A stretch of 64,000 nt of DNA from Amphiscolops sp. MND2022 (GCA_964187785.1 OZ076409.1:22880001-22944000); one strand, 5' to 3'; shown: positions 47,969 through 62,613, counted from the stretch's first letter. A program made the numbers and translations. Notes: generated from the letters alone by a model not told the origin.

Positions 47969-50900
47969 TGTGTAGAGGACATACGAACTTACTTAGACTG
48001 TAGAAACTAATTAGTTTGCTTCCCTATTTGTATATATTTATTTATTAATACTTGATTAAAGTACCAGCCCTGTCACATAAGCGCAGAAGAAGCTATACGC
48101 TTAGTGATACAAAAGAATAGTGAAAAACAGCTAAATTTTAAAACATTGAGTTTGAGTTCCTTCTCTTTACGAGTATATCAGGAATACAACATGGCGCAGT
48201 CAGAATAACGATCAAAGTTACAAAAGATCATTGCGAAAGCCTAATGGGCGACAACACAAACGCCACCCAAAGGAGGCACCAACATTACGTCGGTGGAATT
48301 ACAACTAAGTGAACAACTGCTACCAAACGACACGATGAACCGAACCGCAGAACGGAGAAGCACCCAGAAGCTTACCAATCCAACACTGGAAAAGAAAGGC
48401 TCCACCAATGTGGTAGTGGAAGTTTGTACAAAATATAAAAATGACAAAGGACCTAGACCTATCAACAAAGACAAACAATTAGGAAATACTGCCACAATTC
48501 CGTGATCAATTAGAAACAGAGATGAAAGACAATATTCTGTGGGCAATTGGACAGAATGCTATCACGGAACTGACCAAAACGGTTAGAGATAGAGTGAGAG
48601 AGCCGAGCTCACTACCGTTGTACAAATTACATACATCATTCCGACTACATTTCACACCGGAGAGAAACGTTCAACACAGTACAGCCGACTTTTCGACTTG
48701 AAACGGAAAGACGGAGAGTCCGCGGCAGACGTCCGGAAGTGGATATTGGAAGTAGATAAAAACTGCAAATTCGAGACAATAACCGCAGAAGAACTCTTGG
48801 CATCAATATTCCTATCCGTAATCGGCAAATCGATAGGAGACTACGACTAAAGAAAAAAATCAGAAAAAGTGACATGTCGGTGGAGGGAATTACCGAAGCA
48901 TTACATGAGTACATGTACGAAAAACAAAACGACTCACCAGAAACAATATGAGAAGAAAATCCGATATCTCAATAAAAGAAAGACCAGAAGCACCAAAAAC
49001 CAACGGATAAACCGGGTAATTTCAAGAAACCAGACTGCTATAGATCCGGAGCCTCCAACTGGTTACGAAATCATGAAGAATAAGCTAGGGGAAGGAATGT
49101 TCGCGAATTGTTGCAGAACAAACAAAAGAATAAACCGCATACAATAACAGGAAACAAGTAGTGCGGAAGAAGACTATTGGTCACCGTCACAACACAATCC
49201 ATTCCGAAAATCAGAAGATCCATTCAACACGCCCAATGAAGAAGGACGGTCCGGAATTCTTCACTCTCACCGACAGCGGATTACCGGTAATTTTGATACC
49301 GAATTCACGGTTTAACAAAATAACAACATTGAAGCCGCTTGAAACCGAACATAGAGATGTAAATGACAACGGGATGAGGTTCGAAGGAAAATCGCAAAAG
49401 TAGAAAAAGATGGGAAACAAAAAATGTTGAAAATCCTGATAACGATAAAAAAACCAACTCACTATTAGGCTTAGCTTAGACTGGATGGGAAAATTGGGAA
49501 TAACGCTGGGTACTGGTAAAACCGATCCACGAATAAATTACATAACTGAAGATCCGGACATAACAGTACTCAAAAAAAAGTTCAAAATGTTTTCGTTGGA
49601 AATCACACCGTAAAGGACTCGAAGTACAGATACCATTAAAAGAGGACGCAAGACTGATACAGCAAAAAGGAAGGCCAATACCAAATCACCTACAGCAATT
49701 GGTCGGAAAGAAAGTGACAAATTAATGAAACAAGGCCATATCGCGAAAACAAATAGCATTGATGAAATTTGCTTTGGTAGCACGGCCGTAATCAATGTTA
49801 AGAAGGACACGTCGAGAAAAACTACTCTGGTTTCGCGAAAGTTGAATGAAATCACCAAAATGAGAAAGGCACAAACGCCTTACAAGGAGGAATTTTTTTC
49901 CAGAATTTCCAGAACGATTGTGGAACAATCGGCAAATGAAATATGGATATCAAAGTTTGATTTGGACTACGCTTGCGGGCAACTACTATTGTCCAGGAAG
50001 CCTGAAAACTGTGCATATTTGCCGTAACCGGTGGACATTTTACAATTACTACCGTTTCCTGAAAAGATTTTACGGGTAGCGGATATTCCGACAATTTTTC
50101 AGGAGACAATCGACCAAACACTGGAGAACTTTCATCTGGCATGGTTGTATGACATAATCGTCGGAACAAAGGGCTCACAAAAACAACACAAAAAAGAGTT
50201 AGTAGACGTTTTAACCTGACTAGAAATAGCTGGATAGAGCCTCAGCGAAAACAAATCCGAATTTTTCAAAACAGAGATTGAATGGATTGGCCATAAACTA
50301 GACCAAAACGGAATCAGATCACTACAGGACAAGCTGATGGCAGTTAAAGATTTGAAACATCCCAATAACGAGAAAGAACTCAAATAGTTTCTGGGGGCCA
50401 TCCAATATCTGTACAATTAGATAAACAAACGGATAGTCTGAGACAACTTCTTAAAAAGATACCGAATGGTTATGTACAGAATAACACACGCAAGCGTTCG
50501 AAAATCTCAAACAAATGATCAAGGAGTACTCATGTGTCGTAACTACAACTCAGATTATCCAAAAGTTATAACAAACGACGTCAGCACTAAAGGCCTCGGT
50601 GCAACGCTTTGGAAAGAACAGCTGGACGGAAAGCTAGAATCAATCGGTTTTGCAAACCGATTTTGATCAGATACCAAGAAAATATGCAATAAACAAACTC
50701 GAATTGCTAGTCATTGTCTGGGGACTAGAACATTGTCGTTTAAACATTTACGGCAAACCGATAGAAATGCTCACGGATCATCACGCACAAGAACCACTGA
50801 TAAAACGAAACCGGTATAACAAAACGTATAGCGCACAGCTAACGAGTTGGCTGGACCGATTAGCACATTTCACCATTAATGTGAACCAGATCGCAGGCAA

Positions 50901-53900
50901 GCATCTAGCGCTCACGAATTACTTGAGAAGAAATCCGTCAGCACCGCTACAAACAGACGACGCGTACGACGAAGAATGCGTCATCATTAACACCTTACCG
51001 CATTACCGAAGTTCATTTCCAAACACGGTTGCCTTAGCAACCACGTCGACTAATCTGAATGAGGAACGAACGAATATGATGAACGCAAAATAAACAACGA
51101 ACCACGGCCACAACACGCGCGTGAACAAACCCCTATTGACTGCCTTAACAGAATAACATTCACACACAACTTGACAGTTGACAATCTTGCAGCCATAGAT
51201 TCATCAGCCGAAACTACACAATTGATCCAAAGATGGAAAAAGATCGTGAAACTCGGAATGTATCGCATTACCGGAGGAAAACGGAAGCAATGACACGTGC
51301 CAAAATTACGGAATGAAATGAGAGTAATCGAGGTGAGATTACAACAAATAATCCGGGGCCGTGAACGAGGAGACTTGAGGCAAAGAATTGGTCCTCAACA
51401 CAGCGGAGGCTTTCAAACCCAAACAAGACGGTCGGAGCAATTGACGGTAGACCCCTTCTGGGAAATGGACCGACCGTCACCGGCCCGACAACAAGACATG
51501 CCAGGACCGTCATCAGCCACAACGAGTCCAGAGCAGTACGCCCCAACGCCGATAGAAGAAGGCGAATTCAACACGCCCAATGAAGAAGGACGGTCCGGAA
51601 TTCTTCACTCTCACCGACAGCGGATTACCGGTAATTTTGATACCGAATTCACGGTTTAACAAAATAACAACATTGAAGCCGCTTGAAACCGAACATAGAG
51701 ATGTAAATGACAACGGGATGAGGTTCGAAGGAAAATCGCAAAAGTAGAAAAAGATGGGAAACAGAAAATGTTGAAAATCCTGATAACGACAAAAAAACCG
51801 ACTCACTTATAGGCTTAGCTTAGACTGGATGGGAAAATTGGGAATAACGCTGGGTACTGGTAAAACCGATCCACGAATAAATTACATAACTGAAGATCCG
51901 GACATAACAGTACTCAAAAAAAAGTTCAAAATGTTTTCGTTGGAAATCACACCGTAAAGGACTCGAAGTACAGATACCATTGAAAGAGGACGCAAGACTG
52001 ATACAGCAAAAAGGAAGGCCAATACCAAATCACCTACAGCAATTGGTCGGAAAGAAAGTGACAAATTAATGAAACAAGGCCATATCGCGAAAACAAATAG
52101 CATTGATGAAATTTGCTTTGGTAGCACGGCCGTAATCAATGTTAAGAAGGACACGTCGAGAAAAACTACTCTGGTTTCGCGAAAGTTGAATGAAATCACC
52201 AAAATGAGAAAGGCACAAACGCCTTACAAGGAGGAATTTTTTTCCAGAATTTCCAGAACGATTGTGGAACAATCGGCAAATGAAATATGGATATCAAAGT
52301 TTGATTTGGACTACGCTTGCGGGCAACTACTATTGTCCAGGAAGCCTGAAAACTGTGCATATTTGCCGTAACCGGTGGACATTTTACAATTACTACCGTT
52401 TCCTGAAAAGATTTTACGGGTAGCGGATATTCCGACAATTTTTCAGGAGACAATCGACCAAACACTGGAGAACTTTCATCTGGCATGGTTGTATGACATA
52501 ATCGTCGGAACAAAGGGCTCACAAAAACAACACAAAAAAGAGTTAGTAGACGTTTTAACCTGACTAGAAATAGCTGGATAGAGCCTCAGCGAAAACAAAT
52601 CCGAATTTTTCAAAACAGAGATTGAATGGATTGGCCATAAACTAGACCAAAACGGAATCAGATCACTACAGGACAAGCTGATGGCAGTTAAAGATTTGAA
52701 ACATCCCAATAACGAGAAAGAACTCAAATAGTTTCTGGGGGCCATCCAATATCTGTACAATTAGATAAACAAACGGATAGTCTGAGACAACTTCTTAAAA
52801 AGATACCGAATGGTTATGTACAGAATAACACACGCAAGCGTTCGAAAATCTCAAACAAATGATCAAGGAGTACTCATGTGTCGTAACTACAACTCAGATT
52901 ATCCAAAAGTTATAACAAACGACGTCAGCACTAAAGGCCTCGGTGCAACGCTTTGGAAAGAACAGCTGGACGGAAAGCTAGAATCAATCGGTTTTGCAAA
53001 CCGATTTTGATCAGATACCAAGAAAATATGCAATAAACAAACTCGAATTGCTAGTCATTGTCTGGGGACTAGAACATTGTCGTTTAAACATTTACGGCAA
53101 ACCGATAGAAATGCTCACGGATCATCACGCACAAGAACCACTGATAAAACGAAACCGGTATAACAAAACGTATAGCGCACAGCTAACGAGTTGGCTGGAC
53201 CGATTAGCACATTTCACCATTAATGTGAACCAGATCGCAGGCAAGCATCTAGCGCTCACGAATTACTTGAGAAGAAATCCGTCAGCACCGCTACAAACAG
53301 ACGACGCGTACGACGAAGAATGCGTCATCATTAACACCTTACCGCATTACCGAAGTTCATTTCCAAACACGGTTGCCTTAGCAACCACGTCGACTAATCT
53401 GAATGAGGAACGAACGAATATGATGAACGCAAAATAAACAACGAACCACGGCCACAACACGCGCGTGAACAAACCCCTATTGACTGCCTTAACAGAATAA
53501 CATTCACACACAACTTGACAGTTGACAATCTTGCAGCCATAGATTCATCAGCCGAAACTACACAATTGATCCAAAGATGGAAAAAGATCGTGAAACTCGG
53601 AATGTATCGCATTACCGGAGGAAAACGGAAGCAATGACACGTGCCAAAATTACGGAATGAAATGAGAGTAATCGAGGTGAGATTACAACAAATAATCCGG
53701 GGCCGTGAACGAGGAGACTTGAGGCAAAGAATTGGTCCTCAACACAGCGGAGGCTTTCAAACCCAAACAAGACGGTCGGAGCAATTGACGGTAGACCCCT
53801 TCTGGGAAATGGACCGACCGTCACCGGCCCGACAACAAGACATGCCAGGACCGTCATCAGCCACAACGAGTCCAGAGCAGTACGCCCCAACGCCGATAGA

Positions 53901-54749
53901 AGAAGGCGAATTCAACACGCCCAATGAAGAAGGACGGTCCGGAATTCTTCACTCTCACCGACAGCGGATTACCGGTAATTTTGATACCGAATTCACGGTT
54001 TAACAAAATAACAACATTGAAGCCGCTTGAAACCGAACATAGAGATGTAAATGACAACGGGATGAGGTTCGAAGGAAAATCGCAAAAGTAGAAAAAGATG
54101 GGAAACAGAAAATGTTGAAAATCCTGATAACGACAAAAAAACCGACTCACTTATAGGCTTAGCTTAGACTGGATGGGAAAATTGGGAATAACGCTGGGTA
54201 CTGGTAAAACCGATCCACGAATAAATTACATAACTGAAGATCCGGACATAACAGTACTCAAAAAAAAGTTCAAAATGTTTTCATTGGAAATCACACCGTA
54301 AAGGACTCGAAGTAGAGATACCATTGAAAGAGGACGCAAGACTGATACAGCAAAAAGGAAGGCCAATACCAATTCACCTACAGCAATTGGTCGGAAAGAA
54401 AGTGACAAATTAATGAAACAAGGCCATATCGCGAAAACAAATAGCATTCATGAAATTTGCTTTGGTAGCACGGCCGTAATCAATGTTAAGAAGGACACGT
54501 CGAGAAAAACTACTCTGGTTTCGCGATTACCGCATTACCGAAGTTCATTTCCAAACACGGTTGCCTTAGCAACCACGTCGACTAATCTGAATGCGGAACG
54601 AACGAATATGATGAACGCAAAACAAACAACGAACCACGGCCACAACACGCGCGTGAACAAACCCCTATTAACCGCATTAACAGAATAACATTCACACACA
54701 TCTTTTCAAATTCACAAATTCCAAAAAGCACCAAACTTATAATGGATTG
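47969..54749 (+). mobile_element. Decayed Ty3/Gypsy element with short 5' LTR (about 47969-48191), interrupted at 54750 by element B
   Basis: TG...CAACA followed by PBS-like TGGCGCAGTC at 48192; RT remnants (SKFDLDYA, WLYDII) and RNase H remnants (NDVSTKGLGATL, ELLVIVWGLEH, LTDH) broken by stops and frameshifts. Confidence 0.8.
49222..54700 (+). repeat. Tandem amplification, 2344-bp unit: 49222-51565, 51566-53909, and an internally deleted third copy from 53910
   Basis: Identical ORFs offset by 2344. The junction GAAGAAGGCGA|ATTCAACACG occurs twice. The third copy lacks about 1156 bp after 54526. Confidence 0.95.
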
Positions 54750-56309
54750 TGTCCCAGGCGTCCGCCTGTGATGGCAACACATACTCAATCTGCCATAGCT
54801 ACAAGAAAGCAGAACCCTTCACCCTTCCATTAAATTAGAAAACTTACAAGGAAAACTATTATTGTTGCTCTAAAAAGTCATGTAAAACTCTATATATTTC
54901 ATTTTGTGCAAGTTATATTATGTAATTCTATGCATTAATACGAGTTAATTGGACACCAAGGCGTACAGGTAAAGGAAACGCGTTCAAATGTTTTCTTGCC
55001 TGTCGCCTTGGTCCGCAAGTCCGACTAACTCGTCATCCAATCATAGCGCAGTGTTATGTAACCTTTACTCGTGCTGGCTTAATAGAATTAAAAGACTAGA
55101 CGGCTATATGCCGCCTGCTAATAAAGCGCTGGGCTGTACCAGTCTATTGGACACTGAGTCCGCGCTTTAATTGAGAGTGCTATTCTATCTAGCAGTACTG
55201 GTTATGTAATAATTAATCTTTTGATAGCTAATAAAAGGCGCTATTAGTCCTCAAAGGACTGATTTAATATTTTAGACTTAGTTTGATGGTGTTGCTTTAT
55301 ATGTAATTTGCGCGATATATTTAGAATATATGTAAAATTACCATCTATACATGTAATAAGCATTTCATACATGTAATATGTATTTCATACATGTAGCACG
55401 TTGATTAGTATGCATGTAAGCAGTTACTTGTCCTAACGGACTCATGGTCCCACCGCCATATTTGCCGCCAAGAGGGACCTTTGATCTACATGATGTAATG
55501 TTGACGTTGCCTGCTATTTATAGATTGTAGCTATATTTAGAAAGCCTTTAAGGCTATTTTTAGATTATGACCACCATTTTATTGAGTGTCATGCAAATTC
55601 AAATATATATAACCGGGACTGGTGGGCTCGGGGACAGAATTAACCTGATGATACTTTGATGTGTTACTGTTGCGAATTGTTTATTAAAACTACCCGTTCA
55701 TTTTCACTTTGCAAGCCCAAGATATTAATTTAAATTCTTGCCTCTTGCAATAATCTCTTATGCCTTCCACTAGACGACAGAAAGCCAAAGCTAGGAGATC
55801 TAGAGAAATGGACATACTGTCCGACTATGATAACCTAGATGTGATGCTGGGAAATGAAAATAACAATCCCATTGAAAGAGAGCTAGCTGAAGCAATAGAT
55901 CAGTCATCGGCCCACGGGGACGGTGATACGAACGTGTACCATGAAAATGAGTTTAGAGGTTACTTACATGAAAATGAACCTTTGAGACAAAACGAAGTCA
56001 GGCAATCCTTTGAAGCCTTTTCAAGTGAGTTTAATCTTAGATTGTCTCAAGAAATGGAATCTATGATGTCAATAATGCATAGCCAAATAAATAGGGCTAT
56101 ATCGACAGCTATAGCTGAAAGAGTTATTCCAGAAATCCAGAATATTGCAAACTCGATGTCCTCTATGGGACACAGGGACACTGAGGCCAGTTCGTCTCCA
56201 AATAGTCAGGAGAACAGGGAAAGCGCACCCGGGCCTAAAATAAAAATTGCAAAGAAAGATTCAAGATCTGTAGGAGATTTAAGAGATACCATGGGTCATG
56301 GTTCTTACA
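54750..56309 (+). repeat. Element B 5' LTR (inferred, about 1560 bp)
   Basis: Ends TTACA before the PBS. The start TGTCCCAGGCGTCCGCCTGTGATGGC parallels TGTCGCGGCCACAGCGTTGCGATGGG of A. The partner LTR is outside the window. Confidence 0.7.
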
Positions 56310-57448
56310 TGGTGACAGGAGCTACCGACACCCAACCGCAAATTCCCGAATTTCTGACCGGACGAATCCACTCAATCCCGAACCTAGAGAGACAACAATC
56401 TACCCACAATATCTCTCTGGACACGACTCTGCCAGCCCCGGCCCCAGAGGCTCCTGAACCTCCTCAGGACCCGTTTAATAGATTAGCCGACGTATTGGTC
56501 AATTTGCAAAACAAACCGCAATCTATGACCATCAGACCCGTACAAACAACCCCGATGACATTTGATGGGAAAAGTGAGAAATTTGAGCTCTTTGAGGACT
56601 TGTTCCATACGATGATCAAAATGCAGCCCACAATGACAGAACAAATGAAAATTAATCACTTTCATTCTTTGCTACGAAAGGGAGCATTACAGACATTCAG
56701 GAACATAAACTCAATCAACCGTCAAACTCTCGAGGACGTACTGGTCATATTCCGGAGGAAATATGTCAAACCGGAATCACAAGCAACGGCAAAGCATAAA
56801 TGGCACCGATTGACCTTCGATCCAAGTACAATGAAACTACCAGACTTCTTGGAAGAACTGAACCAAGGTGCAGAAAAAGCATTTGGGGAAAACGCTAAAA
56901 GCATGATTGACAGCTTGTTATACGCGAAATTACCCCCAAAACTGAAACGATCTGTCAACATGGCCCGTCTGGAGAACGGCACGTATGAAGAAATAGTCGC
57001 TCATCTTGAAAGAGAACTGGAACTCAATGCATTAGAAGAGTCAGATGATCTGCCAATGGCCACTATGGCCTCGGCGTCCACGAGCCATAACAATTTACTG
57101 TCCAATGGCATCAACACAAATAAAGACGCCCAATGCTCATACTGCAAGGCGACGGGTCACTATTACAAAAGCTGCCCGAAACTCAAGAAGAAAAAGGAAA
57201 CGGAGGACAAAGACGGTAAAAAACCTCAGCGTCCAACTTACCCACTGTGTGACACATGTGGCAAAAAGAACCATCCAACCGAAAGGTGCTGGCAAGGCGC
57301 TGGCGCCCACCTGCGACCTAAAAGGATGCAGACAGAACAAAATGACCGAAATGCTATAGACTCCGAAGGAAAGCCTAAAAAAGCAAATGACTCAGAAACG
57401 GCTACTTCAAGCCAATCCAATACTAAAAAATCTGATTCAAAAAACTAA
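55760..57448 (+). CDS. gag: Gag polyprotein (562 aa), starting inside the LTR
   Basis: Homologous to the element A Gag; CSYCKATGHYYKSC and CDTCGKKNHPTERC knuckles; ends at slippery A_AAA_AAC (57439-57445) plus TAA. Confidence 0.93.
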   Translation: MPSTRRQKAKARRSREMDILSDYDNLDVMLGNENNNPIERELAEAIDQSSAHGDGDTNVYHENEFRGYLHENEPLRQNEVRQSFEAFSSEFNLRLSQEMESMMSIMHSQINRAISTAIAERVIPEIQNIANSMSSMGHRDTEASSSPNSQENRESAPGPKIKIAKKDSRSVGDLRDTMGHGSYMVTGATDTQPQIPEFLTGRIHSIPNLERQQSTHNISLDTTLPAPAPEAPEPPQDPFNRLADVLVNLQNKPQSMTIRPVQTTPMTFDGKSEKFELFEDLFHTMIKMQPTMTEQMKINHFHSLLRKGALQTFRNINSINRQTLEDVLVIFRRKYVKPESQATAKHKWHRLTFDPSTMKLPDFLEELNQGAEKAFGENAKSMIDSLLYAKLPPKLKRSVNMARLENGTYEEIVAHLERELELNALEESDDLPMATMASASTSHNNLLSNGINTNKDAQCSYCKATGHYYKSCPKLKKKKETEDKDGKKPQRPTYPLCDTCGKKNHPTERCWQGAGAHLRPKRMQTEQNDRNAIDSEGKPKKANDSETATSSQSNTKKSDSKN

Positions 57449-60400
57449 TTTTGCCACGACTCCAAATACATGACTACATGTCGGTTCGACAATATGTCAT
57501 TTCAGATCCTCCAATAATCAAATACAGCCAAACAATCAAGGATACAAAAGGAATGCCCACTGTTGTCTGGCAGCAACAAATGGAAAAAGCCTGTATCCGA
57601 ACTTATAAAATAGTATATAATGATCGCCCAGACCGATTTTACGAAATAGACTATACCAAAGACTTTGAGACTCAATTCCGTCCCTTACCCCTGATCGAAG
57701 ATTATCACCCTCAATACCTCGATCCTGATTACGGCAAAGACCCGTATTGGGACGACGAACTCTACGACAGACAAAAACTCCAGTTTAGACAAGACGAATA
57801 TCCACCAACGGACGATGAGGATGATCCCCCGATAGTGGACAACAAACTATCCAGAGCCCTCATTGAACTTTGGCAGCCAAATTCCGAAGCACTTTTAGAA
57901 GAAATAGAGGAAACTCAAGAACAAGAAGACTTTCAAGGCCCCGATAGCCTTTTAGACGAAACAGCCTTCTTGCACATTTTAGTGGAAAAACAAGGAGAAC
58001 CGTCATACGTTCCCCTTTCCACCAACCTTGGCCTCAAAATCAAAAGGAGGATGCTATATTTCCCAATGGACTTTGGAGAACTAACATTAGATGGTCTCAT
58101 AGACACTGGGGCCCACTCCAGTGCGATACCAGAAGCTGACCTTAGGAAAATACGGCTACTTGCACCCCAATCAATAGTGAAAGAGGGTCCTGCCCCGTCA
58201 TTCCAAATTATGGTCCAATGTGATGGAACCTATCCTCAACCCCGAGGATACAACGATTCCCCCAAATGGACGCACAATCATCCCTATCCAATCTCAAATT
58301 TATGCAGAAAACGCTGTCACTGGAATCTTACAACCCAGTGACCTTCTAAATGAAGAAAATGATATAACATTTTGTGCCGCCATAGTCACATTGGACGAAG
58401 GGACTACGAGGATCCATGTCAACAACTTCACAGATCAGCCCTTTAAACTCAAAAAAGGGATGCACATAGCGAATTTCTCTGTGATGACTCCAGAGCAAAT
58501 GAAGCACGTTAGGCCAATAGACCCAGTGTCCACTTGGCACCTACTCAATGAAAATGAAGAAGACGCTATTTATTATATCAGCAGTCTTCTCAAAGCCAAC
58601 AGGAACAATGACCAATATGAACAATACTGGTTTCCAACACCCGAAAACCCAGGGGACGAAGAGTCCCATACTCCAATACAAAAGAGAATTCTTAGAGAAT
58701 TACGAAACCTGCAAGAAGCAGAAAAACTCAACCCACAAGACAATGAAGAATCTCGACAAAAATTCCTCAGTAACTTTGACTGGAAGGACTCAATGCTACA
58801 ACAGCATGAAATCAAACAGATAGAAGCGCTATTAGTCGAATTTCACGACATATTTGCCCGTCATAGGTTTGACATCGGTATGAATGAGGAGTTCACGGTC
58901 AAATTGACCCCGAAGGACGACTCTCCTGCCTACAGCCAGAGCTTACCAACTCCGGTCAATTTAAAAGAGGACATACTGGTCGAATTAGCGTCACTACACA
59001 AATATGGAATTATAACAACATTACCATTCTCAAAGTACGCTAGCCCTATCTTTGCACAAAAGAAGCCTAATGGGAAACTACGACTACTGGTAGACCTCAG
59101 GAAGATCAACAATCTTATTTCTGATGATTATATCAACAACAACCATCCAGTCAGCACCTTAACGGACGCTGCTCAACATATGGCCGGAAAGAAACTTTTC
59201 TGTAAACTTGACTGTTCGCAAGCGTACCACTGCCTTCAAATGGCGGACCAACGGTCTATAGAGATGTTGGCCTTCAACTTTGCCAGCCGAACGTTCGCAT
59301 ATCGAAGATTGGCCCAAGGTCTCAGCAGAGCCTTATCGGCATTCTCCAGTTTTATGAGAGAATATTTGGACCGTGTCATCAAAGCCGATCAATGTGCCCA
59401 ATACGTGGACGATATTGGCATTGCAGCCAACGACGCGGAGCATCTCATTAAAAATCTCAGAGCAACTTTCGAATGCATCCGAGAGGCTGGATTGAAATTA
59501 ACGATGCATAAATGCCACTTTGGAGCAACTGAGATTGACTTCTTAGGAAGGACAATCACCCCTGAGGGTGTCAAGCCCCAGAAGGAACGAGTCACACAAT
59601 TCCTAGAAAAAACGAAATTCCCAAAATCCAAAAAAGCCTTACAACGTTACCTCGGATTCCTCAATTATTATAGAAACTACATACCGAGATTATCAGAAAA
59701 ATTAGTCCCTTTCTTTCAACTATTAAAGAAAGACGAAAAGGTCTTAGTCACAACGGAACTGATCGAACAATTCAACGAGATCAATAGAGATTTGGACAGA
59801 TGCACCCAGCTAGCCCTTAGGCAGCCCTTGCCAAATCGACAGCTAGTCCTGATGACAGATGCTAGCTTTACAGCAGCCGGATATGCTATACTTACTGAAG
59901 ATGATCCAAATCAGAAATTTACCTCAACCAAGAAATCCTATGCGCCTATTGCATATGGTTCAAAAACTTTTACTCCTTCACAACTTAAAATGTCAATTTA
60001 TGCGAAGGAATTCTTAGCCATCTATTACGCCTTCAAAGAATTTGGACATATATTCTGGGGCACACCTAAGCCGGTGATTATCCTCACAGATAACAAATCG
60101 GTCACAAGGTTCTTCCAGACTAAAATAATACCGCCGCCATTATGGAACGCGTGTGACTTTGTCATTCAGTTCAATTTCACTATAGCGCACATTCCAGGCA
60201 AAAACAACACAGCGGCGGACTACCTGTCCCGCATGGAAATGGACCCCACTGAAAAGTTAGTCCTAAAAATCCGAGCGGACGTTGAAACCCAACCCATTGA
60301 AGTCAATGTCCAATCAGCCGGCGTGTCTGAAGAAGAACAAGTGTTCTTTACCGAAGAAGACAATGAAACAGAAGAACAAATTTGGGAAAGGAAAAGACAA

Positions 60401-62377
60401 TCAAAAGCAGGACTCAAGGTCGACGAGACCGTCATCCAAATAGATACTATATCTGAAAATGTAGTGGATGAAATTACCAATTTCACCCAGAAACTACGTA
60501 GAACCAACCAAATACTACTAGAACAATCCAAAGATCCGATTTTGCTTCATTTAAAAGCAAAAATTCAAAATGAAGAATACTCTGAGGAAATCCTTCAGCA
60601 GGACAGCCGGTATAAACATTATTTAAATAATTTAGACCGTATAGTCCTCAAGGACGAAATAGTGACCCGACAGTATTACGACGAAACGGGACAAATCAAA
60701 TACCACCAAATCTTACTACCAAAGCACCTGTTGAAAGAACTACTGCAAGCAATACATGGCACGGCACATCGACATCCTGGCATCTCTAAAATGCTGCAAG
60801 AGATCCGCCAAAAATATTACTACCCTGGCATAGCAAAATACGTTAAAAAATGGGTAGAGGGATGCGAAACGTGCGCTAGAGACAAAAGAGTCCCAAATAA
60901 TACAATTACACCAGAATTGTTGAACTTGCCCGAATGGGACCTTGGTCCAGAAGATGCCATGCAGATAGACTTATTACCAAACTTACCGACTAGTGGCGGA
61001 TACCAGACGGTGATGACAGCTATAGATGTATTCTCAAGGTACTTATTCGCCTACCCGCTAATTGAGGCAACAGCCACGAATGTAGCCAAGGTGATAATTG
61101 ATATCATGACGAAACATTCATATTTACCAACAACTCTCATCACAGACAAAGGGTCCGCATTTACATCGACCATCATAGCTGAGATAACTCAAATTTTGGG
61201 TATAACACTCAAATGTGCTACTACAAAGCACCCGCAAACAATTGGCAAACTCGAAAGGACGCATGCCTCACTCAAAACAAATTTGAAAATGGCCTCAGGG
61301 GAATATCGACGCCAATGGCATAAATATTTACCATTAGCAGTACTCAACTACAATACCACATACCACTCTAGTATTGGATGTGAACCGAGTAAAGTCTTCC
61401 ATGGCCGGATTCCCTATAACGTCCTAGACCACAAATTGGGAAATAACCCCAATAAAAATTTTTTGCCAACTACAGAATTTGCGGAGGAAGTACAGCAGAG
61501 GACACAAATCCTCATAGATCAAACGAAAAAGAACATCATGCAGTCTTATTTGAAATATAAGGACTATTACGACCGAAAGGCAAAGGCTGCCCCGCTTAAA
61601 GAAAAGGACTATTGTTTTGTTCTACAACCTAAAGCGGACAGTCAAGCATCAAAAATTCCATTCAAGGAATACAGGTGGATTGGACCATTCGTCATTCAAA
61701 AAGTACTGTCCAACGACAATTATATTGTCCGTCGTCTAAATACAAATAAAACTCAAATACTTCATCGCATTAGACTAAAGAAATTCGTCCCGAATGCCCC
61801 TTTAGAGGACAAATACGATGGAGAAAAACTACAACCCGACAATGAGATAGTAATCCCGCAAGACGATTTGTACACTATCTCATGGGAAGTAGACTTTGAG
61901 TACGACTTATTTGAACCGAGGAAGGAAAATTGGACAGACGTGGCCACACGCCGGCCGACGGACGCCGAGTCCACTAATACGGACAATGACGTTACCGACG
62001 AGGAAAGCACTATCAATGAAAGCTGCAGCGAGCGCACGACAAGAAATTACGTCACCGAGAACGAACGCGTCAGCAATGAAAGTTACAATGAGCGTACGAC
62101 AGAATATGACGTTACCGAGGACGAAATATCCCCGAGAGAGAACAATAGCAGTGACGAACCGTCCCCCCCGACTCAAACGTCACAGCGCACTGAGAATGAA
62201 AATGACGTCACTAATGATTTACAAGATACGGAAAACGTTTCAAACAAAGGCGCAGATATTACCGTGCCCGGAATATCAAAAAATGGAAATTCAAATGAAA
62301 ATTCGAGCCCTAGAGGAGGGAAATACAATCTTCGACCTAACCCTACCCCCAACTTTACTGATGAATACAGATACTAG
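57439..62377 (+). pseudogene. pol: pol, disrupted by a frameshifting deletion in the protease near 58214; RT, RNase H and integrase frame intact
   Basis: LIDTGA...FQIMV jumps to SNVMEP in another frame; about 70-75 codons present in element A are missing. YVDD, TDASF and integrase motifs are intact in 58220-62377. Confidence 0.9.
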
Positions 62378-62613
62378 TCAGAAAACTTGAATTACCAGTC
62401 CCTTTACTTCACTTCCAGCCCTTGAGGACTTTTATTTTTTACTTGGGACTACTCTGACTGATTTTTCTTATCGATTACTGGAACTAATTATATACGAAAA
62501 GAGAGACTCAGTGGCGAATAATACAAAGCCACACAAACAGGCAACAAAGAAGAAATAAATATAAAGCAATTTACAACAAGTACAGTCTAGAAACAAATGT
62601 ACTCTTTGTACAT

